From: a bacterium
GTDB taxonomy: Bacteria > JACRDZ01 > JAQUKH01
Assembly: GCA_028719205.1 (NCBI GenBank)
Contig: JAQUKH010000017.1
Location: forward strand, 1 to 53,896
Length of the DNA: 53,896 bases
Direction: 5' to 3'
Of the stretch, positions 1 to 8,930 are shown in pieces. The position numbers and the translations under genes were made by a program. The notes under the pieces are model-generated. The model had not been told where the DNA came from. It did no database searches and was given only the letters and a program-made list of their open reading frames with translations. Position 1 is the first letter of the stretch. The number at the start of each line of letters is the position of its first letter.

Positions 1-1007
1 ATCACCGGTATGTGGAATGGTTAGGGACTACATGGTCTCATGCGGTTGTCAGTTCCACGCCTGTGCCTGATATTGAACTTCATATAATGGCATGGAGGTC
101 CCATTTCGCGTCAATATTCGGTATGGGAGCGATAAAAAGGGTAAAGGGTTTTTCCCCGCCTGAAATGCATTTACCGATCCATCCTGATGTTTGCTTTGAA
201 TATATAAAGGCATTGAAAAAATGCGGGTATGAATGGCTTATGGTACAGGAGCATACTATTGAAAACCTTGATGGAACGGGGATAAGAAAACCTCATTTTC
301 CTCACCGTCTTGTCGCGAAAAATTCAATGGGCGAGATAGAGGAAATAATTGTTTTAATTAAAACTCAGGGTTCGGATAACAAACTTATCGGGCAGATGCA
401 GCCTTATTATGAGGCAAAATCGGTTCAAGCGCAAGAGTACGCGGGCAGGAAAATTCTGCCATATGTTTACCAGATCGGAGACGGTGAAAACGGCGGTGTA
501 ATGATGAATGAATTCCCGCCGGCGTATAAAAAGGCGTTTTATGAAATCGGAACCGAAGGAGTTGTCTCGATGAACGGTTCTGAATACCTTGAATTCCTGA
601 GACAGGCGGGTCTTGATGAGAAAAAGTTTATTCCGGTACAGCCTGCTTCACAAAATAAAATATGGGAATTTGTCAAAGAATGCAAACATAGCGCCTGCGA
701 TGAGGCTATCAGCAAAATTAAAGAGAAAAATCCGAATTATAACCTTGATAAGGGATCATGGACAAATGATAAGAATTGGGTTAAAGGATATGAACATATT
801 TTAGACCCGATCAACAGGTTAAGCGTTGAGTTCCATAAAAAATTTGATAATAAAAAAATCGATCCGATGGATATAAATTACCGTAAGGCCCTGCTTTATT
901 TATTATTATCACAGACAAGCTGTTTCCGTTATTGGGGTACAGGTATATGGACGGATTACGCGCAAGAAATAACGAGGAGAGGTATGGAGGTGCTGAAAAA
1001 AGTTTAA
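1..1007 (+). CDS. Glycoside hydrolase family 57-like protein (5' partial, begins before window)
   Basis: GFSPPEM nucleophile-type motif, GDGENGG motif and C-terminal SCFRYWG resemble GH57; frame open to window edge. Confidence 0.75.
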   Translation, partial: HRYVEWLGTTWSHAVVSSTPVPDIELHIMAWRSHFASIFGMGAIKRVKGFSPPEMHLPIHPDVCFEYIKALKKCGYEWLMVQEHTIENLDGTGIRKPHFPHRLVAKNSMGEIEEIIVLIKTQGSDNKLIGQMQPYYEAKSVQAQEYAGRKILPYVYQIGDGENGGVMMNEFPPAYKKAFYEIGTEGVVSMNGSEYLEFLRQAGLDEKKFIPVQPASQNKIWEFVKECKHSACDEAISKIKEKNPNYNLDKGSWTNDKNWVKGYEHILDPINRLSVEFHKKFDNKKIDPMDINYRKALLYLLLSQTSCFRYWGTGIWTDYAQEITRRGMEVLKKV

Positions 1008-1036
1008 TTGTTTTAACGGCCCCCGAAAGAAATAGT

Positions 1037-1065
1037 TTGACGAACATGTAAATTTTTATTATAAT
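1037..1065 (+). promoter_or_regulatory. Sigma70-like promoter of tRNA-Pro/tRNA-His operon
   Basis: TTGACG-17 bp-TATAAT. Confidence 0.7.
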
Positions 1066-1081
1066 ATCTGTTTTATTACGT

Positions 1082-1160
1082 CGGGGCGTAGCCCGCCAGA
1101 GGCGGATAAACTCCGCTGGCTAGCGCAAGCCGATGGATATCGGATGGGTTCGAAACCAGG
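1082..1160 (+). other. tRNA-Pro-like fragment (5' end copy with hairpin insert, T-loop-like motif, no acceptor 3' strand)
   Basis: CGGGGCGTAGC...GGCTAGCGC matches the tRNA-Pro 5' half; GGGTTCGAAACC follows; no CCA end. Confidence 0.5.
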
Positions 1161-1192
1161 AAAATAGAAAATATATAGAAGATTTAATATGT

Positions 1193-1270
1193 CGGGGCGT
1201 AGCGTAGCCCGGCTAGCGCGCCTGCCTTGGGAGCAGGAGACCCTCAGTTCAAATCTGAGCGCCCCGACCA
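1193..1270 (+). tRNA. tRNA-Pro(TGG)
   Basis: Cloverleaf, anticodon arm CCTGC-CTTGGGA-GCAGG, GTTCAAAT T-loop, CCA end. Confidence 0.95.
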
Positions 1271-1297
1271 GTTTTTTCGTGCATTATTACAATCAAT

Positions 1298-1375
1298 GGT
1301 GGCTGTAGCTCAGTTGGTTAGAGTACAAGATTGTGGATCTTGTTGCCGCGGGTTCGAGTCCCGTCAGCCACCCCA
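1298..1375 (+). tRNA. tRNA-His(GTG); integration target
   Basis: G-1, acceptor GTGGCTG/CAGCCAC, anticodon loop TTGTGGA, CCA end. Confidence 0.96.
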
Positions 1376-2976
1376 TTTGTTATGTCCCGAACTTGTTGTT
1401 CGGGGGAACAACGAGAAAATTCTGAGCGAATTTTATCCCCATTTTTTTCCTCCTTCGCCGAGGCTTCCTCCGCCGTTAAAACTGTGGAGAATAAGTCCCC
1501 GCCCCCGCCGAATAAAAAATCATTTACTCCATCAGAGAATTTTTCATCCCGCTGGACATGCTGAGGATTTACAAAGCTTTTGTTATTGATGGAAACAGGC
1601 TTTATTTTGTTGCAATTTCCGACAGGACAAGCCAACAAAGTCGGTGGTAAACCCTTTGGAGAGGCTGTTAGAGGACGAAGTCCTCTATCGGGGCTTATTT
1701 CAATTGAATTCGCTGAAAAATCCTTGAAATAATTAAGATTTATTTGGATTTGCGAGGGGGAATAAATTATATTTTTAATGAATTTTTTAATGAATAGATT
1801 TTTATCAATTCCCCGTTTTTGAGGAAGGGTTTTTGTGAGGTGAGTGAGGGTTTGGGCGACAATTTCAGGGGAAATTGTCAGGGGGTCGGACGGCAGTTCG
1901 ACTCCCGAATGGGCACCCAATACCCCCGAATTCAGGGTAAAAATCAAACTCTCGAGATATTGCTTATCAATAGCGATTCTTTCTAAATTATCGAAGATAT
2001 ATCTTTCAATCCGGTCGGCACTTACTTCCTTTGTCATACAACTTTGCCAATCTTTTTTGACTATTTTTGTACAGCGGTAATAGTAATATCGTTTAAGTTT
2101 ATTTTCTTTTCTCTTGTTTGTAAAACATGGTGTCATTGTTGAACCGCATTCCTTGCATTTTATCAGCCCTGCCAGAGAATAATTTTTATATACTTTCATT
2201 TTTACTATTTTCTGTTTGTGTAAACTTTGCGCGAAATTGAAAACATCATCGGAAATTATAGGTTTATGAATTCCTTGAGATATTTTGCCTGCGTATCTAA
2301 GTTTCCCTATATAAACTGGATTTCTCAGTATTAGAAATATTTTGTTTTTTGGTAAGTCTGTTTCTTTGGCAATAGTTGTAACAAAGCTTCCGGTTATATA
2401 TTTTTCATAAATTGAACGTACAATTTCAACTTTATCTTTGTCAACAACAAGCTTTTTATTTTCAGCTTTATATCCGAAAGAGGGCTTTGCGCCATTCCAC
2501 ATACCCCTTTGGGCTCGTTCAAGCATTTTGTCTCTGGTTCTTTCGCTGATAAGCTCTCTTTCAAATTGGGCAAAGGTGAGCATTATATTTCTCAATAATC
2601 TGCCGGAGGGAGTGGACGTGTCAAACCGTTCGGTTACGGAAATGAAATCAACGCCATATTTATCAAATAGCTCGATAAGCTGATAAAAATCTCTGGGCGA
2701 CCGGGTTAGCCGGTCTATTTTGTAAGAGATGACAAGGTCTATCTTCTTTTGTTTTACATCTTCCAATATTGCTTGCATAGCCGGGCGGTTGAGATTAGCA
2801 CCAGTGAATCCGGGATCAGAATAGGCCCTGAAAATTTCCATATTTTCTTGGCTATCAATAAATGATCTAATTTTCGCTTCTTGCGCTTCGCACGAATTAA
2901 ATTCAACTTCCGCTTGGCTATCGGTGGAAACCCTCGTATAGATTGCGCATTTTAATTTGAGTGATTTGTCTTGCAT
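1318..2976 (-). CDS. Large serine recombinase (integrase); 3' end overlaps tRNA-His antisense
   Basis: YTRVST catalytic Ser motif, DRLTRS, FAQFERELISER, recombinase domain LRNPVYIG, Zn ribbon CKECG...YYRC...C. Confidence 0.95.
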   Translation of the reverse strand: MQDKSLKLKCAIYTRVSTDSQAEVEFNSCEAQEAKIRSFIDSQENMEIFRAYSDPGFTGANLNRPAMQAILEDVKQKKIDLVISYKIDRLTRSPRDFYQLIELFDKYGVDFISVTERFDTSTPSGRLLRNIMLTFAQFERELISERTRDKMLERAQRGMWNGAKPSFGYKAENKKLVVDKDKVEIVRSIYEKYITGSFVTTIAKETDLPKNKIFLILRNPVYIGKLRYAGKISQGIHKPIISDDVFNFAQSLHKQKIVKMKVYKNYSLAGLIKCKECGSTMTPCFTNKRKENKLKRYYYYRCTKIVKKDWQSCMTKEVSADRIERYIFDNLERIAIDKQYLESLIFTLNSGVLGAHSGVELPSDPLTISPEIVAQTLTHLTKTLPQKRGIDKNLFIKKFIKNIIYSPSQIQINLNYFKDFSANSIEISPDRGLRPLTASPKGLPPTLLACPVGNCNKIKPVSINNKSFVNPQHVQRDEKFSDGVNDFLFGGGGDLFSTVLTAEEASAKEEKNGDKIRSEFSRCSPEQQVRDITNGVADGTRTRGNKIHNLVL

Positions 2977-3076
2977 ATTAACCCCTTTTTATATAAAATA
3001 TCTAAAAATACAGCGTATTATAATATAGTATAATGATATTGTATATTAATACTACCTGTAAGTCAAGAGGCAAATA

Positions 3077-3268
3077 ATGCATATGAAAAATTTAACTAAA
3101 ATACGCAAAGAAAAAGGCTGGTCTCAAGAGAAGCTAGCTGTTGAATCCGGCATTTCATACAATACCATAATAAAAATCGAGCGGGGCGGAATAAAAAATC
3201 CGAGGATTGATACAGTTATTAAAATAGCGAAAGCGCTAGGTATATCAATTGATGAGTTAGTGAGATAA
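3077..3268 (+). CDS. XRE-family HTH regulator, divergent from integrase
   Basis: IRKEKGWSQEKLA...IERG...KIAKALG pattern. Confidence 0.9.
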   Translation: MHMKNLTKIRKEKGWSQEKLAVESGISYNTIIKIERGGIKNPRIDTVIKIAKALGISIDELVR

Positions 3269-3272
3269 TACT

Positions 3273-6101
3273 ATGACAAATAATTTTTTATCAAAAGGAT
3301 CTGTTTGGCAAAAATGGGATTTACAAATTCATATTCCCGAAACAAAACTTGCCAATCAATATAAAACAGAAGACAGCACTGATGTTTGGGATAAATTTAC
3401 TGATTGTCTTAAAAATTCTGATGTGTCTGTTTTTGGTATCACTGATTATTTTTCCATTGATGGCTATGTAAAACTTTTAGAGAAAATAAAATCAAACAAA
3501 GATTTTAAGGACAGGGCATTCTTTCCAAATATAGAATTTCGTCTTGATATAAGTACCAACACGAATAGCGAGGAAATCAATATTCACATCCTTTTTGATA
3601 ACAAATGCAAAATTGAAGACGTAAAAACATTTTTATCAAAATTGGAAACGACTAATACTAAAAGTAATGGTTCGCATTATCATTGTACATCTGAAGATTT
3701 AACCAGCTTGGGATATGATAAGGCATGTATATCCTTGAGTAACTTGAAAAAAGCCTTAAAGGAAACCTTTGGAAATGACAAACCCTATCTAATCGCTGGT
3801 GCTTCAAATGGAACTGGTGGCATACGGGCAAATACAAAATCCCCAAGGAAAATGGGATTATCTGACGAGGTAGATAAAGAGTGTGATTTTTTCTTTGGGC
3901 GAGAACAAGACCGAGAATATTTTTTGAAAGAGAATCGTTACGAAAATAAAACTATTAAATCCGTTGCTAAGCCAGTAGTGGCAACTTCCGATTGTCATTC
4001 TTTTGATGATATTGAAAATTTTTTAGGTAAACAATATAAGAAAGGCAATGCGCTGGTTAAAGACATCACTTGGATTAAAGCAGATAAAACTTTTGAAGGG
4101 TTAAGACAAATACTCTTTGAGCCGTTTGACAGGGTTGCGTTTGGCTATGAAAAGCCAGAGGCGAAAAAGTCCTATTTTCTCATTGATAAAGTTCGATTTA
4201 TTGATAATACAGGCCAAGATAACTTCTTATCTGATGCTATTGAAGTCAATCACAATCTGGCCACAATAATTGGAGGAAAATCAACGGGGAAATCTTTATT
4301 ATTGTACTACATAGCCAAGACTGTTGATTTACAAGAAATCAAAAATAGGTTTGTCGATCATCCCTCTGCTACGCAGTATAATTTTGATGAATCGCCGGAT
4401 TTTAATTTTGAGGTTGTATGGGCTGATGGTGAAAGCACTTATCTCAAAAGCATTGAGGGTAGTGATAATGGAAGTGAGAGAAAAATTTTATACATACCCC
4501 AAAATTATCTCAACAAACTTTCAGAGAAAAATGTTAAAAGTCGCGAAACATTAAATAAATTTGTCAAAGATGTTTTATTGCAAGATGAAACAGTAAAAGA
4601 TAAATACGAAAGTAACCTTTCCCAAATAAAAACTCTTTCCAAATCAATTCCGGTTAGTGTTACTAATTTATATCAGATAAAACAGGAAATTGTGGAAATA
4701 GAGGAAAATATTAAACAATTAGGAGAAGAAAAAGGTATCCAAAAATATCTTATGCAGATACAGAAAGAGGCGGACGAAATAAAAAATAAATCTGGTCTTT
4801 CAGAACAAGAGATCAAAGACTATGAAAAATTTCTCGATCAAGAAAAAAAAGTTACGACTGGCATTTCAATTTTGTTTGAAGACAAAAAAAGTATTGCTCT
4901 ATTCAAACAAAACATTTTACATCAATTAGAAAGCTTGGAAGAATTGAGGGACGAGCAACCCGATTATATGGGTGATGAAACTATTATAAGCGAATTTATT
5001 AAAGAATTTGGCATTTTGGGGCAGATAAAAACAAATATTTTGGCTTCGGTGGATAAAATAACAGTATCTATTGACGCAAAACTTGAAGCCAACAAAAAGG
5101 AACTGGAAAAAATCAAAAAAGATCTTGCACCATTTATGGCTAAGGTCAAATTACAGGATGAACTAAGGAAAAAGAACGATGCAATTAAAGAAGAACAAAA
5201 AAAGCTGAACAAAATTTCCCTTGAAAAGAAAGGGCTTGCGTCAAAAAGAGGCAATTACGAAAAAGAAAAGAAATTTCTCATTGAAACATATAGAAATATT
5301 TTTATTGTTTATGATGCAACGAGAAACGAATTTAAAAAATACGAGAATAATTTTGAGGATATATCTTTGAATGTCTCTGTTGGGTTCAATGAGCAGAGAT
5401 TTAACGATGAAGTTATACATGGTAGTTTAAATAAACCGGATATAAAGCGATGTATTGATGGCGTTGATTGGAAAGACGAGTATGAATATCAATATGATCC
5501 AAATAATCACATAGCATTTATTTTGGCTGTTTTTAACGCTGTAGTTGACGGAAAAATTAAAACCATCAAAAACAAATCACCAAAAGACACCATTGTGAAA
5601 ATTCTTGAAGATTATTTTGATCTTGATTTCAAAATATCTTATAAAAACGATTCACTAGACAAAATGTCACCGGGTAAAAAAGGACTTGTTCTCTTGCGCC
5701 TATTAATTGATTTAAGTAGTGAGGAGTGGCCGATTCTTCTTGATCAGCCAGAGGACGATTTGGACAATAGATCGGTTTACGATGACTTGGTTTCTTTTGT
5801 GAAAAAAAAGAAGAAGCAGAGACAAATTATTATCGTTACACACAATCCCAACTTAGCTGTTGGAGCTGATGCGGAGGAAGTAATTGTGGCTAATCAAGAT
5901 GGACAGGAAAAAGGAAGAGAAAATAAGAAGTACAAATTTGAGTATGTTTCCGGTGCGCTAGAAAATACTTTTGAATTATCAGAAACAGAACAAAAAGCTA
6001 TATTATTTAGGAAGGGTATACGTCAACATGTTTACGAAGTATTAGAAGGAGGAAAAGAAGCCTTTCAAAAACGAGAAAGAAAATATAGTTTTCATTCTTA
6101 G
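3273..6101 (+). CDS. PHP-domain + coiled-coil ABC/SMC-like ATPase (Ppl/TrlF-like anti-phage protein)
   Basis: N-terminal WDLQIH, GITDY, SDCH PHP motifs; Walker A GGKSTGKS; signature MSPGKK; Walker B ILLDQPEDDLD; VTHNPN. Confidence 0.85.
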   Translation: MTNNFLSKGSVWQKWDLQIHIPETKLANQYKTEDSTDVWDKFTDCLKNSDVSVFGITDYFSIDGYVKLLEKIKSNKDFKDRAFFPNIEFRLDISTNTNSEEINIHILFDNKCKIEDVKTFLSKLETTNTKSNGSHYHCTSEDLTSLGYDKACISLSNLKKALKETFGNDKPYLIAGASNGTGGIRANTKSPRKMGLSDEVDKECDFFFGREQDREYFLKENRYENKTIKSVAKPVVATSDCHSFDDIENFLGKQYKKGNALVKDITWIKADKTFEGLRQILFEPFDRVAFGYEKPEAKKSYFLIDKVRFIDNTGQDNFLSDAIEVNHNLATIIGGKSTGKSLLLYYIAKTVDLQEIKNRFVDHPSATQYNFDESPDFNFEVVWADGESTYLKSIEGSDNGSERKILYIPQNYLNKLSEKNVKSRETLNKFVKDVLLQDETVKDKYESNLSQIKTLSKSIPVSVTNLYQIKQEIVEIEENIKQLGEEKGIQKYLMQIQKEADEIKNKSGLSEQEIKDYEKFLDQEKKVTTGISILFEDKKSIALFKQNILHQLESLEELRDEQPDYMGDETIISEFIKEFGILGQIKTNILASVDKITVSIDAKLEANKKELEKIKKDLAPFMAKVKLQDELRKKNDAIKEEQKKLNKISLEKKGLASKRGNYEKEKKFLIETYRNIFIVYDATRNEFKKYENNFEDISLNVSVGFNEQRFNDEVIHGSLNKPDIKRCIDGVDWKDEYEYQYDPNNHIAFILAVFNAVVDGKIKTIKNKSPKDTIVKILEDYFDLDFKISYKNDSLDKMSPGKKGLVLLRLLIDLSSEEWPILLDQPEDDLDNRSVYDDLVSFVKKKKKQRQIIIVTHNPNLAVGADAEEVIVANQDGQEKGRENKKYKFEYVSGALENTFELSETEQKAILFRKGIRQHVYEVLEGGKEAFQKRERKYSFHS

Positions 6102-6105
6102 TTTC

Positions 6106-6432
6106 ACTCACCTCACAAAATCCCTTCCTCAAAAGCGGGGTGTTGATAAAAATATATTCGTTAAAAAATTTATCAAAGATATAAATTATTCTCCCTCGCA
6201 AATTCAGATAAACCTTTATTATTCTGATATATTTAAAGAAAATGATTATTCATTCTTTGGCGGGGAAAATCAAAAAGATAGGGAGAAAATTCGCTCCGAA
6301 TTTTCTCTTCAAAACACAGAATCAAAAGTTTGTAATATAACAAATGGGGTCGCAAACAATTTTATTCCAAACCGCCAGATTGCGATTATTATACCAAATA
6401 CCATTCATCGTTGTAAGAAAAGGATTTTATAA
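6106..6432 (+). pseudogene. C-terminal remnant of a paralogous serine recombinase spanning an attP-like site
   Basis: Translates THLTKSLPQKRGVDKNIFVKKFIKDINYSPSQIQINL...KIRSEFS...ITNGVANNFIPNRQIAIIIPNTIHRCKKRIL*, homologous to the C-terminus of ORF 1318-2976; no start. Confidence 0.85.
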
Positions 6433-6733
6433 TATCAGCCGCTCCCGACTGTTATATAAAATAAGCAAAAGCTTATTTCAATTTATAACCCCACCCAACC
6501 ACCCCAAAAGAAGATAAAGGGCTAAAGTCTGACGGCTCAGCCGTATATAAGGAAGCCGACCGTTCCAACAGCAATAGGAACGGTCGGCTACAACCTCGCA
6601 ATTCAGCCCCGAAGATAATATGGGCTGAATTGAATGATTTACCTCACACCGGAAATTCAGTGGCGGGAACTTGCCAAATTACGATTTTGATGGGGAATTT
6701 AATTTTGATTAGATAATATATACAAGGGGGTAT
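6345..6733 (+). repeat. 389 bp inverted repeat, copy 1
   Basis: Reverse complement of 16523-16911; no mismatch found by eye. Confidence 0.95.
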
Positions 6734-6769
6734 CCTAAAATTAATTAAATTGATTTTAAAAAAATAAAA

Positions 6770-6795
6770 AAGGAAGCAGCCTAGACTGCTTCCTT
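6770..6795 (-). terminator. Intrinsic terminator of radC operon
   Basis: AAGGAAGCAG/CTGCTTCCTT stem followed by a T-run on the minus strand. Confidence 0.7.
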
Positions 6796-6818
6796 ACGTT
6801 TTTATTTTTTCTGTGCTC

Positions 6819-7211
6819 TCAATCTTTTTGCAGAAGCTTTTTGATGAACGCGTCGGCTTGCTTGAAGGAAATTTCTTTCACCAATTTAACCTTAAATTCT
6901 TTCCTCAGATAATCGGTGGCATCATCGCCAAATATTTTTTTGTTGTTCCTTAACAGCGTATATATAAACTTCGTTTGTTTGGGCGTGATTTTACCTTCCG
7001 GCTTTCCTTCATCGCCATTGTCATTTTCTTCTGCTTTGGAGAGGGGAGTACCTTCTGTTTGTCTTTGGACAGCCTTTTTTGCCAACTCGAATAATTCATC
7101 AATTGTTTCCGGCGCATTTTTAATCTCCATATCGTTTTCCGTTTCAAGGGACACAAAATAGTTTTCGTCATTGTTTTTCAAACCGTAACTTGCCGTAAAT
7201 TTCATATTCAT
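6819..7211 (-). CDS. Hypothetical protein
   Basis: Translationally coupled (TGATG) to upstream ORF; C-terminal ITPKQ...ISFKQADAFIKKL helical motif. Confidence 0.65.
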   Translation of the reverse strand: MNMKFTASYGLKNNDENYFVSLETENDMEIKNAPETIDELFELAKKAVQRQTEGTPLSKAEENDNGDEGKPEGKITPKQTKFIYTLLRNNKKIFGDDATDYLRKEFKVKLVKEISFKQADAFIKKLLQKD

Positions 7212-7453
7212 CACATCCTTTCTGCCGGGAAGCCCAGATACCAAGCTTCTTTTGTAACATCTTCGCCGGGTTGGTGAGAGGTTAGGGGATTAATCTTGCC
7301 GAGACATTTTTTGCACATCAGTCCGTAATCGGTGGAAAAACATTCTTCTTCCGTTATTCCATGTTCATTTACCAGAAATTTATTGCAGTAGTCGCACACC
7401 CTTGGGTCGCCTTCATCGAGCCTAACTTCTATAACAAAAAATGGTTCGCTCAT
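7211..7453 (-). CDS. Small Cys-rich hypothetical protein (putative Zn-binding)
   Basis: CDYC and CKKC pairs; RBS AGGAGG; coupled to radC stop. Confidence 0.65.
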   Translation of the reverse strand: MSEPFFVIEVRLDEGDPRVCDYCNKFLVNEHGITEEECFSTDYGLMCKKCLGKINPLTSHQPGEDVTKEAWYLGFPAERM

Positions 7454-7980
7454 AACCCAGCCTCCTTTCTTGAATAATAACCGCCTGCCGGAGTGATAAT
7501 CAGATGATCCAGCACGTCTATTTTCAATAACTTGCCGGCTTCATTCAGCATGTCCCATACTCTCAAGTCCTCGTCCGATGGTTTGACTTGACCTCCGGGG
7601 TGATTGTGGATTGTTACAATTGCCGTGGAGCCATTCGCAATCGCCCGTCTGTACACCTCTCTGCAGTGAACCAATGATTTCGCAACAGTTCCCATCGAGA
7701 CCAGTTCTTTTTCAATAATCTTGTTGGCGATATTAAGGTGTAGCACCCACAGGCATTCTCTGTCTATTTTGGCTTCTTCCTTCATCATTTCCGCCACGGC
7801 TGAGGGCGAAATGACGGGTGTCCCGGAAACTTCTTTAACCTGCAAAAATTTGATATTGCAAGCGCGCTTGAGGCCGTTTCTGACAATCTCGTCAATAACC
7901 TTTGTCATTGGCTTGCCTTTTTCTTTACTGAGACGATAAAGTTCCGGAATCAATTCCTCGGAAATTTTTGGACTGTACAT
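7450..7980 (-). CDS. RadC-like JAB domain protein with short N-terminal putative DNA-binding extension
   Basis: REVYRRAI, HNHPGG..PSDED, DVLDHLII JAB motif; RBS GAGGTG before MYSPK. Confidence 0.9.
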   Translation of the reverse strand: MYSPKISEELIPELYRLSKEKGKPMTKVIDEIVRNGLKRACNIKFLQVKEVSGTPVISPSAVAEMMKEEAKIDRECLWVLHLNIANKIIEKELVSMGTVAKSLVHCREVYRRAIANGSTAIVTIHNHPGGQVKPSDEDLRVWDMLNEAGKLLKIDVLDHLIITPAGGYYSRKEAGL

Positions 7981-8452
7981 TTTCTCACCTCTCTTTCTTT
8001 TTGAATTTTTAATGGGCATGAGATTAGTGTAGTAAGAGGGGATAGAAAATATAAGAGAGATAGAATTGATTAGGTAGGCAAATAAAGAGATAAAAATTGT
8101 GAAATAAACTAGTTTTTTAGTGTTATAATAAAAAATAAGTTTATTAGATAATTCTGCTTAGCTTTGTTTTAGTCATTTTCACATCATTATTTTGGGTTAC
8201 ATATTATGTATTCTGAATTAAAAGGATTCGTGAGATGATTACACAAAAACATTCATTATATCCTCAAATAATTTTAGGCATTAATCTTTTCTTGACATAT
8301 TGTAGAAAAACTAGATCTCCACCTACATATTAAGTCTCAAAAAATTTATATTATAATTACATCAATAAAATAAGTTTAACCAAATATAGATTAAAAAACT
8401 TAACTCTAAAAAGGAGAGCGGATAAGAAATATAATAAGAAAGGAGATGGGAC

Positions 8453-8695
8453 ATGAGATCAAGAAAATCTTGGTCTCGTCTCAATCTTTTTCTTAATAGT
8501 ATCCTTATTCTAATTCGTTTAATATTACTTTTTATTGTTTTGAAAAAAGTTAATATTATTACACGAGAGGAGATACTATCATGCTTATTATTATTTTTCG
8601 AATCCCTTGCGTCTTTGTTGATGATTTGCGAAAATGCCTTTTTCAAATCTCAACAAAAGAAACGCTCGTCAAAGAGGAAAAAAAGAAGGAAGTAG
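8453..8695 (+). CDS. Small hydrophobic/basic hypothetical protein
   Basis: AAGGAG upstream; two hydrophobic stretches and basic tail; weak support. Confidence 0.3.
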   Translation: MRSRKSWSRLNLFLNSILILIRLILLFIVLKKVNIITREEILSCLLLFFESLASLLMICENAFFKSQQKKRSSKRKKRRK

Positions 8696-8930
8696 AAATT
8701 GTTGCAAATGAATTTCCCTTTATTTCCTTAAGAGATGAGACGAGACCGATAGTAAATCGGGCGCAGGGTCCTGCTATTAAAGAACGTAGAAGCGGAAGGG
8801 AATTGAGGCATTCTTTTCCCTTCCGGCACGAAATTCAAAATACGGGAGGGATTATTCCCTCCCGTCTCTAAAAAATAGAAAACTAATATCAATACAAGAT
8901 ATTAATTATATTTGAGCAATTAGCTTCAAT

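Noticed and set aside
1227-1589. 120 aa plus-strand ORF
   Set aside because: Overlaps two tRNAs and the antisense of the integrase; shadow ORF
8581-8871. 96 aa ORF across the hairpin cluster
   Set aside because: No recognisable motif; overlaps another weak ORF and structured DNA
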